Shown here: in pieces, positions 12,343 to 24,953 of the stretch | Numbering within the stretch: position 1 is the first letter of the stretch | Layout of the letters: each line of letters opens with the position of its first letter | NCBI RefSeq assembly: GCF_964204645.1 | Contig: NC_134026.1 | Location: 31,520,250 to 31,584,249, forward strand | Source of the DNA: Tubulanus polymorphus | Lineage: Eukaryota; Animalia; Nemertea | DNA: 64,000 nt | Direction: 5' to 3' | Program-made: the position numbers and the translations under genes | The notes under the pieces: model-generated | What the model saw: the letters and a program-made list of their open reading frames with translations, nothing else | What the model was told of the DNA's origin: nothing | Database searches by the model: none

Positions 12343-12539
12343 AACTGACAGAATCGTCAGCTTAGCTTATAGATATATAAACAAAATGCCTCAAGAGCCA
12401 TATCCACTTGAAACTGGAAATTCTTTTCGTAATTAAATTTAGATACGTGTTTGTTATAGCGGTGTTTTAGTTGTCTGTTGTTTATATTTCGTATTGTAGT
12501 GTATTGTATGCCGTTTGGAAATTTGTAGCGCCTAATTGA

Positions 12540-12592
12540 GTTACAATGACGTCATATTGGGGAATCCGGAAATGATTGTCAAACATGGCGGA
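12540..12592. promoter_or_regulatory. NHLRC2 proximal promoter motifs
   Basis: Perfect CRE TGACGTCA at 12547-12554, GGGGAATCC (kB-like), and YY1-like AACATGGCGG overlapping the ATG. Confidence 0.45.
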
Positions 12593-15500
12593 AGAATCAG
12601 AATCATTAGCGATAGAAATATTTCTGTCGAAGATTTACGAATTGAACAGTGAAATATTACCAGAAATTACTGATGAAACTGAAAGGCAAAAAGTTCTCAG
12701 GGAGCATATCGAAAGTGTGGAACATCTGAGTGTAATACCGCAATTAACAAGCGGTAGGAAAACACAGCATTCGTCGAGACGTACCCCCCCCCTCGGCCCA
12801 GGCCCCCCAGTCCAGGGCTCTTTCCTCATTCTCTCAGCACACAGGCATTTGACCGAATGATTAAATTTACTGTAATCTACAATAAAAACTTTCATCAGAT
12901 TCGCCATCTCAATCATTCATGATGCAACAGTTCAATGCGCTCCCCTTGTCTCGCCAGCCTAGGCAGGAAACATTCCTATCTCGCTGCTATAATCTGCCCG
13001 CAAATGCTTGCCATGACACATCTCTGATAGTGACACCTCTCTGATAGTGACACCTCCCTGACAGTGACACCTCTCTGACAGTGACACCTCCCTGACAGTG
13101 ACACCTCCCTGACGGGGACACCTCTCTGACGGTGACACCTCTCTGACGGTGACACCTCTCTGATAGTGACACCTCCCTGACAGTGACACCTCTCTGACAG
13201 TGACACCTCCCTGACGGGGACACCTCTCTGACGGTGACACTCTCTGACAGTGACACCTCTCTGACAGTGACAACTCTCTGACAGTTATACCTCTCTGACA
13301 GTGACAGTAACACTCTCTGACAACCATCTCTTAAGCTAATTGATGTCTATGAATTCAAACTAATCGTAGTTTTAATACTATTTTCAGGTATGAAATGGTT
13401 GAATACGAGCAGAGATTTAAATATCGATGATTTACGCGGAAACGTCGTCATATTTGATTTTTTCACGTATTGTTGCGTCAACTGCCTCCATATTTTACCC
13501 GATTTACGTGACCTCGAACGTGAATATCCGCCTGAAGAGGGCGTTGTAGTCGTCGGAGTTCATTCGGCTAAATTCGCAAACGAGAAATTAACGTCTAATA
13601 TTCACAACGCCATTTTACGCTTCGATATAAAACATCCGGTCATTAACGATTCCGGTATGTTACTATGGCAACAGTATTGTATCCAGTGTTGGCCGACGTT
13701 GCTGATTGTTGGACCGAATTTTCAGCCGATTTTTACGATTGTCGGTGAAGGTCACAAAAAAACGTTATTCGAATACACTCGACTAGTCTTGGATTATTTT
13801 AAAAGCCGGGATCAGATTTTAATCAAAGAATTACCGATTAAACTCGAGTCAAGACGATTAACGGAAAACAATGAAATTCAACTCTCTTTTCCGGGTGATA
13901 TTTCATGCAGCGATGATGGACGATTATTGGCTGTTTCAGATTCAGGGAACAATAGATTGTTAATAGTTGATAGAAGTGGATTTATACAAGTAAGATTTTC
14001 ATACTTTACGAGAATGCATCCACAGTTCAGGATCCAGGACTGTGGAACTGGATTCAGAACTGTAGTACTGGATTCAGAACTGTGGAACTGGATTCAGGAC
14101 TGGAACTGGATTCAGAACTGTGGAACTGGATTCAGGACTGTGGAACTGGATTCAGGACTGTGGAACTGGATTCAGGACTGTGGAACTGGATTCAGGACTG
14201 TGGAACTGGATTCAGGACTGTGGAACTGGATTCAGAACTGAGGAACTGGATTCAGGACTGGAACTGGATTCAGAACTGTGGAACTGGATTCAGAACTGTG
14301 GAACTGGATTCAGAACTGTGGAACTGGATTCAGAACTGTGGAACTGGATTCAGGACTGTGGAACTGGATTCAGGACTGTGGAAGTGGAATCTGATTGATT
14401 ATTTGATATTGCAGCATGTTATTGGTGGAACTGATGCTGGGTTTAATGATGGTCAATTCGATGAATGTAGATTCCGTAATCCACAAGGAACAGTTTGGAA
14501 ACAACAATCAATTTACGTTGCTGATACTGACAATCATTCTATTAGACTGGTAACTTTCATTATCCTAAACTCATTCTGTATCCTCGAGATGAGTTATCGT
14601 GTTATCGTGTTATCGTGTTATCATGTTTTTTAATTATATGTAGGTTGATTTGAATGAGTTATCAGTAACGACTATAGCTGGAACTGGTCTGATGGGTAAT
14701 GATAAAACAGGGGGTAATCCTGGTTTAAACCAGACGTTATCATCACCTTGGGACGTTACAATTATTCCAGGTATTTTTATTTCCGTTAAAATATGTCGTA
14801 CTTTTCAAACTGATATTTAGTAAGTAAATGATGTTGATATATCGTTGTTTGGATACAGAGTTGCCGATATTACTGATAGCTATGGCCGGAACGCATCAAA
14901 TTTGGGCTTATTTCTTAGAAGATTTCACCTGGTGGAAAAACAGGTAACTACGATAAAACTAAAGCAGAAGTCTTTGTAGTTATTATGACTTAACCAAATA
15001 ATGTCTTAAATTGATTAAGAAATAGAAACTTGGAGTCAAAATAGAGACAACTTTAGAGTAATGTGACAACTTAGATTAGCCCTCTCTCACCCTCTCTCCC
15101 TCACTCTCCCTCTCCCCTCACTCTCCCCCTCACCCTCTCTCTCCCTCTCTCCTCACCCCCTCACCCTCTCTCTCCCACTCTCCTCACCCCATCTCCCCCT
15201 CTCCCCTCTCCCCCTGGTTATTTGAGGTATATTTATTTTCAGGTCGTACAACAGATATGATTGCGTTGCCGTGGTTGGAAATGGTAATGAAGAGAATCGT
15301 AACAATAGTTACCCTCATCGTTCTGGTTTCGCTCAACCGTCTGCTCTCGTTGTCACCGGTAACGCAACAGACGGCTCTGTGTTTGTTGCAGATAGTGAAA
15401 GTTCCAGTATTCGCATGATTTCGCTGAAAGATGGCGCTGTGAAAGCATTTGTTGGAGGTGACAGGGACCCAATGGTAAGTTTTAAAAACATGACAAATCT

Positions 15501-16933
15501 TCGGTAAAATTCAACGTAAATCAAAATTTTTTTATTCTATAGAATTTGTTTGCATTTGGAGACGTGGATGGTAAAGGAACAGTTGCTAGGTTACAGCATC
15601 CATTAGGAGTTACATCGCTTCATCCTCAGAATGGACCAATTATAATAGCAGATACATACAATCATAAAGTGAGTTGATAAGACGACCGAGGTGGACTCTC
15701 GTCACTGATATAACATCCATCTTTTAATCCGTAATTATTGATTTATTTACAGATAAAATCAGTCGACATAAAAACCAAATATTGTGAGACGCTAACAGGA
15801 AGTGGTATAGCAGGCGACCAATCAGAATGCTCGTTTAATGACGCGCAGTTTAATGAACCGAGCGGAATTTGTTGTTGTCGCGGCGATGAAACTGTCCTGT
15901 TTGTTGCTGATACCAACAATCATAGAATTCAAATATTAGATCTGAAAAATCAATTGGTATCTCAGGTATGTATACATACCGGTAGCTATCAGCTACTTGG
16001 ATCAGCTATCAGCTACTTGGATCAGCTATCAGCTACATGAATCAGCTATCAGCTACCTGGATCAGCTATCAGCTACAGGGACCAACTATCAGCTACCTGG
16101 GCCAGCTTGCAATGAATTATGTATTTATCACTTGTTTCTTTCAGATGACTATTATGTTTCCTCCTGTGGCAAGCGTTGATACTTACGACGCCGCTCCAAC
16201 AATACAGAAACCATTGACAACTGATAAAACGATACTGTTAGACTGTATTGAATTAACACCAGGAGGCGCTGTAGATATGATATTCAATATTGTATTACCG
16301 GATGGTTGTTATGTCAATGAAGATGCACCAAATCATTGGCAGTTATTGATTGAAGGTATGTTTGTTAATTCTCCCCTCATCCATCCAATTCTCTCCCCCT
16401 CTCCTCCCTCCCTCCCTCCCTCCCTCGACTCCTCCCCTCTCCCCACCATTCTCCCCCTCTCTTCCCTCCCTCGACTCCTCCCCTCTCCCCACCATTACCC
16501 CTCTCCTCCTTCCCTCGACTCCTCCCCTCTCCCCACCATTACCCCCTCCTCTCCCTCCCTCAACTCCTCCCCTCTCCCGCCATTCTCCCCCTCTCCTCCC
16601 TCGCTCCTTCGACCCCTTAAACAAGGTTTTGAATTGTATTTTGAATTATATTTTACAGATGAAGATCAATTGATGAATATTTTATGTAAATCATCCCCGA
16701 TGAAAGGAGTGTTTAATATGTCAGCGCCCCCTATTATCAGTCTATCTATACTAGATTCCACCGATGATTCTAAATACGTAATTAAGATATCGTTCGTTAT
16801 CTATTTTTGTAACAGGACCGACTTTATTTGTAAAATCTCATCGTTTATTCTGTGTCAACCAGTAATCGTAGCAACTGTTCGTCAGTCCGCCATTGTTAAA
16901 TCGATTGTTATAGATCATAAAATTGATTCATAA
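12585..16933 (+). CDS. NHLRC2: NHL repeat-containing protein 2 (thioredoxin-like domain plus NHL propeller)
   Basis: Approximate exons: 12585-12753, 13388-13989, 14415-14549, 14645-14770, 14859-14943, 15243-15474, 15543-15668, 15753-15965, 16145-16356, 16659-16933. Motifs [50 protein letters not shown]. Confidence 0.95.
13012..13322 (+). repeat. 18-bp intronic minisatellite
   Basis: Unit TGACAGTGACACCTC(T/C)C in NHLRC2 intron 1. Confidence 0.9.
14030..14385 (+). repeat. 20-bp dispersed satellite CTGTGGAACTGGATTCAG(G/A)A
   Basis: Tandem array here; related arrays at 16950-17060 (reverse), 25330-25470 (reverse), 30058-30242. Confidence 0.9.
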
Positions 16934-18231
16934 TCTTGAAATCTACTTCCAAAGTTCAGGATCCACCTCCACAGTTCAGGATCCACTTCCACAGTTCAGG
17001 ATCCACTTCCACAGTTTAGGATCTGCTTCCACAGTTCAGGATCTGCTTCCACATTTATAGATCTGGAGTAAAATATGCTATATATAAATCTCTGGGTTTC
17101 CATACAGTGAAATGTACTATTTCGTTATTATTTATGGGAAGACATGTATATTGGGGGGGGGGAGGGTGGTAGGGGGAATAATGGTGCTTTTAATGGTATC
17201 AAAACTTTTGCCATACTTTTTATATGCTTCCTTTGCTACAGTTGTATTTATTGTTACTGGATGGAATTACTTAGTTTTATGGAAATAAATTTGTTTCAAA
17301 TAGATAATTTCTTGTGGCAGTTGATTTTGACTGACTGACTTGACATCTTGGAGGGAAACTGATAGAATTACGAGCATATCAAAAGGATTTGTGGCAGAAA
17401 ACCTTAATTATGCCACAATTAATCGCAGAAAACTTTGACTGTCAGGTGCTGCCCCTATAAATAACAATGGCGGAGAACATGTGAACTAATTTGATAGAAT
17501 CGAATTCCTACTGTGGCATGCGATTGAGGAAGATATTATAGAGGCAGCACTTGACGGTGAAGACTTCAAACGGGTTGTTTTCTTGTTGAGCTTAAATTTT
17601 GTGTTTATTTTGTATTTTGTAAACACAGCGGAGATGACAGAAAAAATTCCATACTGAAATATACAACCGTATCCTTGATTGTTATACTAAAGAAATCAAT
17701 TAAATTAAATTGAATTGTATTGAACTTCAATTCAATGAAATTATATTGACCCACTTTATTTTCATTTGCTATTTTATATGTTTTTGTCTGTAAACCTGTA
17801 AACGTAGCTGCTTGATCTGATCGGTTAATACTCAATGTTGAGAGGTATATTGGATAGCATGCTACTGTGGTGGGGGGATGGTTGGGGATGCTAATTTTGG
17901 TTCGACAGCTGCCCTCCCCTGCCCTGGCCTAACCCGTAACCCGTCAGTGTCAGTATTTCTTAGGCCTATAGGGTAATGGTTGTTTGGAAGGCCTTTGAAG
18001 TGAGGTAGGTAGGTACCCTGTAAGGAAGTCAGGTCCTATGTAAGTTTTACTCTCTGTTCCTGAAAAAGTGGCCGGTAGTCCGGTACGCGGCGTTCCATTA
18101 ACTCAGACCACCAGGGGGGGGGCCGCAGGGACTGGCTGAGGGTGAAACATACATTAGTTTAGATACTAGCTGTGTTCAACTGATTATTGTAATAGATTTT
18201 TTGTGTATATTGTAGAGACTCCGATGATTAA

Positions 18232-20997
18232 ATGATGGTCCTCAGAGTAGTGTGTCGAAATATCCGATGTGTCAATGATGTTTATGGTTATATGGGAATC
18301 GGTACTGTTATATTCTATTGGGTTTATAATACTTACCTTACCATGAATATTGTACTGATACCGAATTACAACGAACAAAAAATATCGGCATTATTTATAC
18401 TCAGTAAGTAACGACACCTATATTTCAATGTTGACATCAAGGAACGAGCCTGCAGGGGTTGTTAAATCCAGGCCTGACTATGACTACTGTTAAAGATTTG
18501 TTTCTATTCTTTTTAAGCGCTCAATTGCTCCCCAAATGTCAAAAAACTCTCAATAATTTATAATTCATGTTTAATTAAACTACTATTTTTGATATTATAT
18601 TACTCACATTTTTATGAAAACTTGTACAATTTAGAGATATTAGGTAGTCCAGTCCGGTCTGGTCCGGACTGTAAATGCAACTCAAAGAGTTTCTGTTGTG
18701 GGTTAAATCTGATTCTGTTACCAAAGAAACTTAAATGATCTCTTCATTTCGGAGTTCATCGTGTTTTTATGTCTCTCTCTGGAGAGAGATGTGATTTATT
18801 AAATGATTGTTTATTTATTTACAGTTTATAGTTTTATAGCTGTTGGTTGTATAGTTAGTTTATTGAAAGCAACGTTCTCTAATCCTGGACGAGTTCCGTC
18901 TCAAGAGGAATTAATGGAACGTGAGTTTTATTCAAATGTGATGTCATTTAAAACAAGTTGAGTAAAAGTTGTTTGATTAATGAAACAAGTTGAGGAAAAG
19001 TTGTTTGATTGATAAAACAAGTTGAGTAAATGTTGTTTGATTGATGGTTTTATTTTGACGACAGTTGATGAAGAAGATAGAAATGTTTGTCCGATCTGTG
19101 AGAAATTAAGGCCATCTCGAGCTCATCATTGTCGTAGGTGTCGCCAGTGTGTCACACGTATGGATCATCACTGCCCCTGGTAAGTGAGGGATACAGGGCG
19201 CGCAGTATCCACAGGAAATCCATAACTTTATGAGTTGTCAGTATCCTGAGTCTGTGGTTTGGTTTTACGGTAGGAAACCAAATGGTATAAGCCCATCCGA
19301 TTGTAAAATCTGTGTCCTCCCAAAAACGATTAAGCTAACTAACTAGAGGGTGGGATAATGGAAGTATAGACACAGAAAATTTGAAAATCTTACTCGAGGA
19401 TTTTTGATGTTTAGGTAATGTAAGAATATTTGTGAGGTTCATAGTGCAGTATCTGCAGCTATCTAAAACTCATCTGCTGCTCTGGTTGGTATTTCATTAA
19501 CTCAAGACTTTGTTAATATTTTTCAGGATCAATAATTGTGTCGGGGAAGGCAATCACTATGCATTCATACAGTTATTGATATACGCTGCGCTATTAAGTG
19601 GTTTAACTTTGATGTTGGGTATTTTACATTTCTATGTTTATCTTCCTTGCACACAATGTGACCAGGTACGTCCTCAAGAACCTACATGTTTATTTTATAC
19701 AGTATGAAGTCATCTCTTCTAGTTACAATTTTAAATTCCCTATTTATTTTACTAAAATATAAGTCGTCCTTTAGATAAGTCATCATAATGATCTTAACTA
19801 TATCATGACTTAGGCAACAAGTTTCTTATTTGTTATATTTCGTTTTCAGACAAGTTTTTTACATAAACACAATTGGGGATTAATGGTATCAGTGGTTGTA
19901 TTTGCTATGTTTATGGTCGTACCAATGTCTGGAATGTTAACAGCAAGTCATATTAATTTCCTGGTGGTAAGTATACAGCATTTCTTCTACAGTTGAACCT
20001 TGCGACAACAAACTTCAGGAGACCAGAAAATCTGTTTGTTATAACTGATAGTTCTATATACAGCGGAACCTCATTACAATGAACTTCAGGAGACCAGAAA
20101 ATCTATTAGTTATAACTGATAGTTCTATATACAGCGGAACCTCATTACAATGAACTTCAGGAGACCAGAAAATCTATTAGTTATAACCGATAGTTCTATA
20201 TACAGCGGAACCTCATTACAATGAACTTCAGGAGACCAGAAAATCTATTAGTTATAACCGATAGTTCTATATACAGCGGAACCTCATTACAATGAACTTC
20301 AGGAGACCAGAAAATCTATTAGTTATAACTGATAGTTCTATATACAGCGGAACCTCATTACAATGAACTTCAGGAGACCAGAAAATCTATTAGTTATAAC
20401 CGATAGTTCTATATACAGCGGAACCTCGTTACAACGAACTTCAGGAGACCAGAAAATCTATTAGTTATAACTGATAGTTCTATATACAGCGGAACCTCGT
20501 TACAACGAATTTCAGGAGACCAGAAAATCTGTTCGTTATAACCAATAGTTCTATATACTGTGAACCTCTTCACCACAATCATATTTTCGGTCTCGTGGAG
20601 CTCATTATAACCAATTAGTCAGTATATCCAGTATGAAATAATTTGGACGGCAATTAATTCTAGTTTCACTATAAACTAGGTTTTGACTAGAATTTGTTTG
20701 TGTCAAAGAAAACTGAATGTTTTTATATTCATTTCAGGACAGAACAACTATAGATAACTTACGTGACCCATTTCCTGATATTCATCATTTGTAAGTACCC
20801 TGCCCTAATTTCCAAACACCCATTATTCAGTAATTAGTGCGATGAATCGATGAATTACGTTTTATTCCAGGTTTTTTCGACCTGACGTGAAATCATTTCG
20901 TGAGATTTATACGGAAGTTTGCGGTACTCCGTCTCCATGGCGATGGTTATCTCCGTGTCATATTAGAAAATCGCGTCATCGAATCGTAAATTATTGA
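18232..20997 (+). CDS. ZDHHC21: Palmitoyltransferase ZDHHC21-like
   Basis: Approximate exons: 18232-18403, 18824-18920, 19065-19179, 19527-19665, 19850-19966, 20738-20790, 20871-20997. Contains [44 protein letters not shown], and TTID; the N-terminus (FYWVYN...IVLIPNYNE) resembles ZDHHC21. Confidence 0.9.
19988..20570 (+). repeat. 71-bp tandem array resembling a Tc1/pogo-type transposon end
   Basis: 8 full copies, each beginning TA-CAGCGGAACCTC(A/G)TTACAA(T/C)GAA. Confidence 0.9.
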
Positions 20998-21127
20998 ATC
21001 TGGAATCGAGAATCTGGGTTGAGATTTATTCAAACACTCACCTCTGAACCTGACTTTCATTATGATATATTTATTTTTATGGCTCAAAGTCAAGTGAAGT
21101 TGTTTTATACTCAATACACAGAAGTGC

Positions 21128-21300
21128 AGCTACCACCTCCAGCTACCAGCAGCAGCAGCTACCACCTCCAGCTACCAGCAGCAGCAGCTACCACCTCCAG
21201 CTACCAGCAGCAGCAGCTACCACCTCCAGCTACCAGCAGCAGCAGCTATCACCTCCAGCTACCAGCAGTAGCAGCTACCACCTCCAGCTACCAGCAGCAA
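21128..21300 (+). repeat. CAG-rich minisatellite in the ZDHHC21 3' region
   Basis: Repeats of GCAGCTACCACCTCCAGCTACCAGCAGCA. Confidence 0.9.
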
Positions 21301-21711
21301 TATAGCTACTGTTAGCTGCTATTACTCATAAATTCAGCTTTATCTTAGTATTTATTTTCAACTTCTTCCAGTAGGCTACAGTTCTATTGTTACCTAATCA
21401 TTGTTGGTATTACTTCTGAGCTTAAAACTACAGATAGGTAACTAACTCCACTATCTTAACGTAGGCTTCTGACAATTAGGCTTAGCTCTATCGCGTGCAG
21501 TACATAGTCATATTTTATAGTATTATTTAAATATAATGATTTTATCTTGTATATCGATTAAACTGTTATAATACGGTTAAAACTTTTATAAAAAATAAAC
21601 AATTTTATGAGAATAATTAAACTAGTTGTTATAGTTAGTTTACTGGTGTGAACGCGCCTGATGTTTTATATTTATGCAGCTTCTGGGAATCGCCATCAGT
21701 AGATCGGATTA

Positions 21712-22152
21712 GAACTCGGGACACCCTGTTTAATTGATACTCAGATAAAGGCATAAATTTTATATTCCGATAGATGGCGCATGTGAAATATGCTTTTCCA
21801 TAGTCTATTCTACCCTCCAGAATACTAATAGTTGAGCAAAATTCCAATAGATGGCGAACGTACAGCAGTCGCTATCTCGAAGACAGATTCGAACCCTGGA
21901 CACCCATATTTAAACTTTATTCAACGTCAGGACCACTCTGAATCAGATACAGTTTCGAACCCGGGACAACCCTGTTTAAACTCTATTCAATGACAAGACC
22001 ACTCTGAATCAGACACATTCGAACCCGGGACACCCCTATTTAAACCCTATTCAACGTCAGGACCACTCTGAACAGATTCGAACCCGGGACACCCCTATTT
22101 AAACCCTATTCAACGTCAGGACCACTCTGAACAGATTCGAACCCGGGACACG
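21712..22152 (-). repeat. tRNA-like B-box element, second locus (reverse orientation), with the CTCF-like motif pair
   Basis: Repeats of TTCGAACCCGGGACACCCCT...CTATTCAACGTCAGGACCACTCTGAA match the reverse complement of the 76-bp unit; motifs CCGATAGATGGCGC (21767) and CCAATAGATGGCGA (21844). Confidence 0.85.
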
Positions 22153-22269
22153 AGCTCATTAAGCCGCGATACATCCTGGTTCATTAAATCACATGATTAT
22201 AAAAGCGATCTAAATGCGGATATATAGAAATGAGAAGGAAGAGAATGATGATAAACACACTCACAGGTG

Positions 22270-23686
22270 ATGGCTGATGCTGCAGCGACGGATACCGTGG
22301 AGGTTGAAACCTCCTCGACTACAGTTATCGATCGAGATGGTAAAATATTCATTCTTACAGAAAATGAATTATATATAATCACAGACTGTATATTGATTAT
22401 CTCTTACAGAAGAGGACCCGCTTTTGGCTTATCAGAGGCGTTTATATCGATCCCGCCAGAGACGACCCCCTAATTCACTGATCGGTCAGGTTAAAGCCGC
22501 TAAACGACAATCTCTAAACATCTGTCAATTCATTCTCAAATCTGGTGAAATCATTTCTCGATCCAGTAAGTTTTATTCTTCTAAACGATATATCTGAAAT
22601 CTCAATTTGTATCTGATATTAAAGTGATGTGTTTGTGTTTTTAGTGGTGATATTGTGTGTTTGTATATTGATCTGTTTGTTTCCCGCTACTCTCATTGTT
22701 ATTGGTAAGATATCGATAATACTCGCGCAGTACGCCGCGTCACTGTCGAGTCGGGTTTAGATTAAACCAGTATCAACAGCCCCAGTGCCGATACCTTCCA
22801 CTGGTCCTGACAGGGCCGCATCCGGACGGGTAAATTTTGAAGAACTTGTCGCATTCAAAAAGGGCACTTTGATATCCAAAAAGGCGATATCATTTAAGCG
22901 TACCCTCGCGCTGAAATGCACCACTTTTTTTAAAAAGGGCACTCTAAAAATCTGATGGGGCTTGCTACAGTTTCACAAGTCTCCGGATCCGCCTCTGATG
23001 GTTTCATCTATTCACTACTACGACGTGTGACTTGTAAGCTCCTGGGGCCAGTTTTATAGACTGGTATTAACCCGGAGGCTAAATCTATTCATTTTCAATT
23101 TAGTTAGCCACTAGGTTAAAGTTAATACCAGTCCCTGGTTCGATAACATTTTTGAGATCCTGATGCTGACTGAACCAGTGAAGTTTTAACGTGTGATGTT
23201 TTTAATTTCAGGGTTTATATATAGAAATGATTGTCCTATACAATATCTGCTGCCATTATACGTCATGTTCTATGGGTTCACCGGTACTTTTCTCGTTTTC
23301 CCAATCATTATCCGAGGATTAACGGAATGTGACGAAGATATCCGAAGGCGAGGATGTTGTTCGTATATCTGGTATACCCTGGCGTTATTTTTTCTCGTCT
23401 GGTTGGTTTTTGGTAAGACCAATATTTCACCTTAGAGTCATTTTCTTTTTTATCCAATTTCTTATTTTAACGTCCACAATTTTCATGTTTTTTAGGTACA
23501 GTTTTAATATTCCAAACCTGGTCTTTTGTAAGCTATGATATCGACAGTAAAGGACTCTACTGTCAGAAAGCCCTCTATGTAGCGGCAGTTTGGACGACTG
23601 GTTCGACTTATGTCTTTTTAGTTTTGCTATTTACGTTTTTTGCTGCAATTTGTATCAAAATAACGGTAGAACCGCACGACTATTAG
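22270..23686 (+). CDS. TMEM272-like four-TM protein
   Basis: Approximate exons: 22270-22339, 22410-22565, 22645-22703, 23212-23411, 23496-23686. Sequence SLIGQVKAAK..., LIVIGFIYRNDCPIQYLLPLYV, FFLVWLVFGTV, YCQKALY is typical of the family. Confidence 0.75.
22811..22997. mobile_element. hAT-like MITE
   Basis: CAGGGCCGCATCCGG ... CCGGATCCGCCTCTG ends with internal AAAAGGGCAC motifs; related to the element at 48210-48546. Confidence 0.55.
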
Positions 23687-24953
23687 ATGAAATATGTTGC
23701 AACCTACATCCACACTTCACATGTGTTCAGTGTTCATATTTGGACATTTTATCGGCACATTTACAAAAATTTGATCGTCCACAAACAAATCAAGTGTTCA
23801 GGACTTCGACAGGCTGAAAGTGGTGGTGGTTCCGACGGAAAGGGTGTATAAGTGCAGGTTCCGAGGCTGCGACTGGATCCAGGCATAGAGCGCCGGACCG
23901 CTCGAGTCTCAAAATTCAGAATTCTTATTGTGTAACTCAGATTATGATATTGTCTGTTTCTATATTTGATATATTCAAGAACTGTAAATAAATCGTTACA
24001 CAACAGTAACATGTGACTATAGTGAAACAAGGATGTTTTATAACTATCTGTGCCGGGTTTTTAGCGTTTTAACTTCCTGCAATTTCAACAATTATACTGG
24101 GAAAAAGTAAATACAGGATTTTCCAACGTTTCACAAGTGGCCCCAATTATGATTCAATCGATGTATTTAAACAGACTATTGTACTACAAGATCGCGGTAA
24201 GTGTGTTTGTGGCATCAAAATTGTTGGAATGTTAATAAACGGATTGAAAATAGCATTTGTCAATTTTAGTAATGTTCTATTGCTGAATTGGTGATAAAAA
24301 TTACATTAAATCACCCGCATCCGGGAACTAGAGTGAGGGCAGAGAGATCAATGGGTGACGAGTGAGGACTGGAGCAAACCCAGCCTGAACTCATAAACCG
24401 GCTTTGGCATGCGATGGCTGGAACGAACCGTATGCGATTATTTCGGAACTATCCTTTATGGAAAAAGTAAATTCAATACAATTTTTATTTGTTTGTTGAA
24501 TTTGATAAGGTTTGAATCAAGTCTCATTAGTTCACTATTAATTTAATCGAAAAATTAACGATATTTATTTAATGATCGTTGGTCATTTCAGGCAAGAACT
24601 GAAGGGTTCAATAAAGTGAAGATTGAATTGGAGAACACTACAATGCGGCGCATGGAATAATTAACGGTTCGCTTGTTTTGTTTACTATTTATTTCTATAC
24701 ATTGCTCTATTGTTTTATTTCGGGTTGTGACACGTAGCTAAACGCAGTGGACCGAATAACCCGCTACCCTAATCCATCCACAGTCACCGGGTGGTCAGTG
24801 CCACAGGCCCACAGTGTGACAGTTGTTGTGTAGTGTCGACGTATTTCCCCGTAATTAGGCTAATTAATTAGCACACTACACTAATTAGGCCACTCTCTCA
24901 TCTGCTCAGTCAGATCATATGACGTCGTGACAGTCAATATTGTTGTTGTTGCT

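Noticed and set aside
16357-16658. Pro/Ser-rich insert in the 298-aa NHLRC2 ORF
   Set aside because: CT-rich intron with a GTATGT donor and TTTTACAG acceptor that the ORF caller read through.
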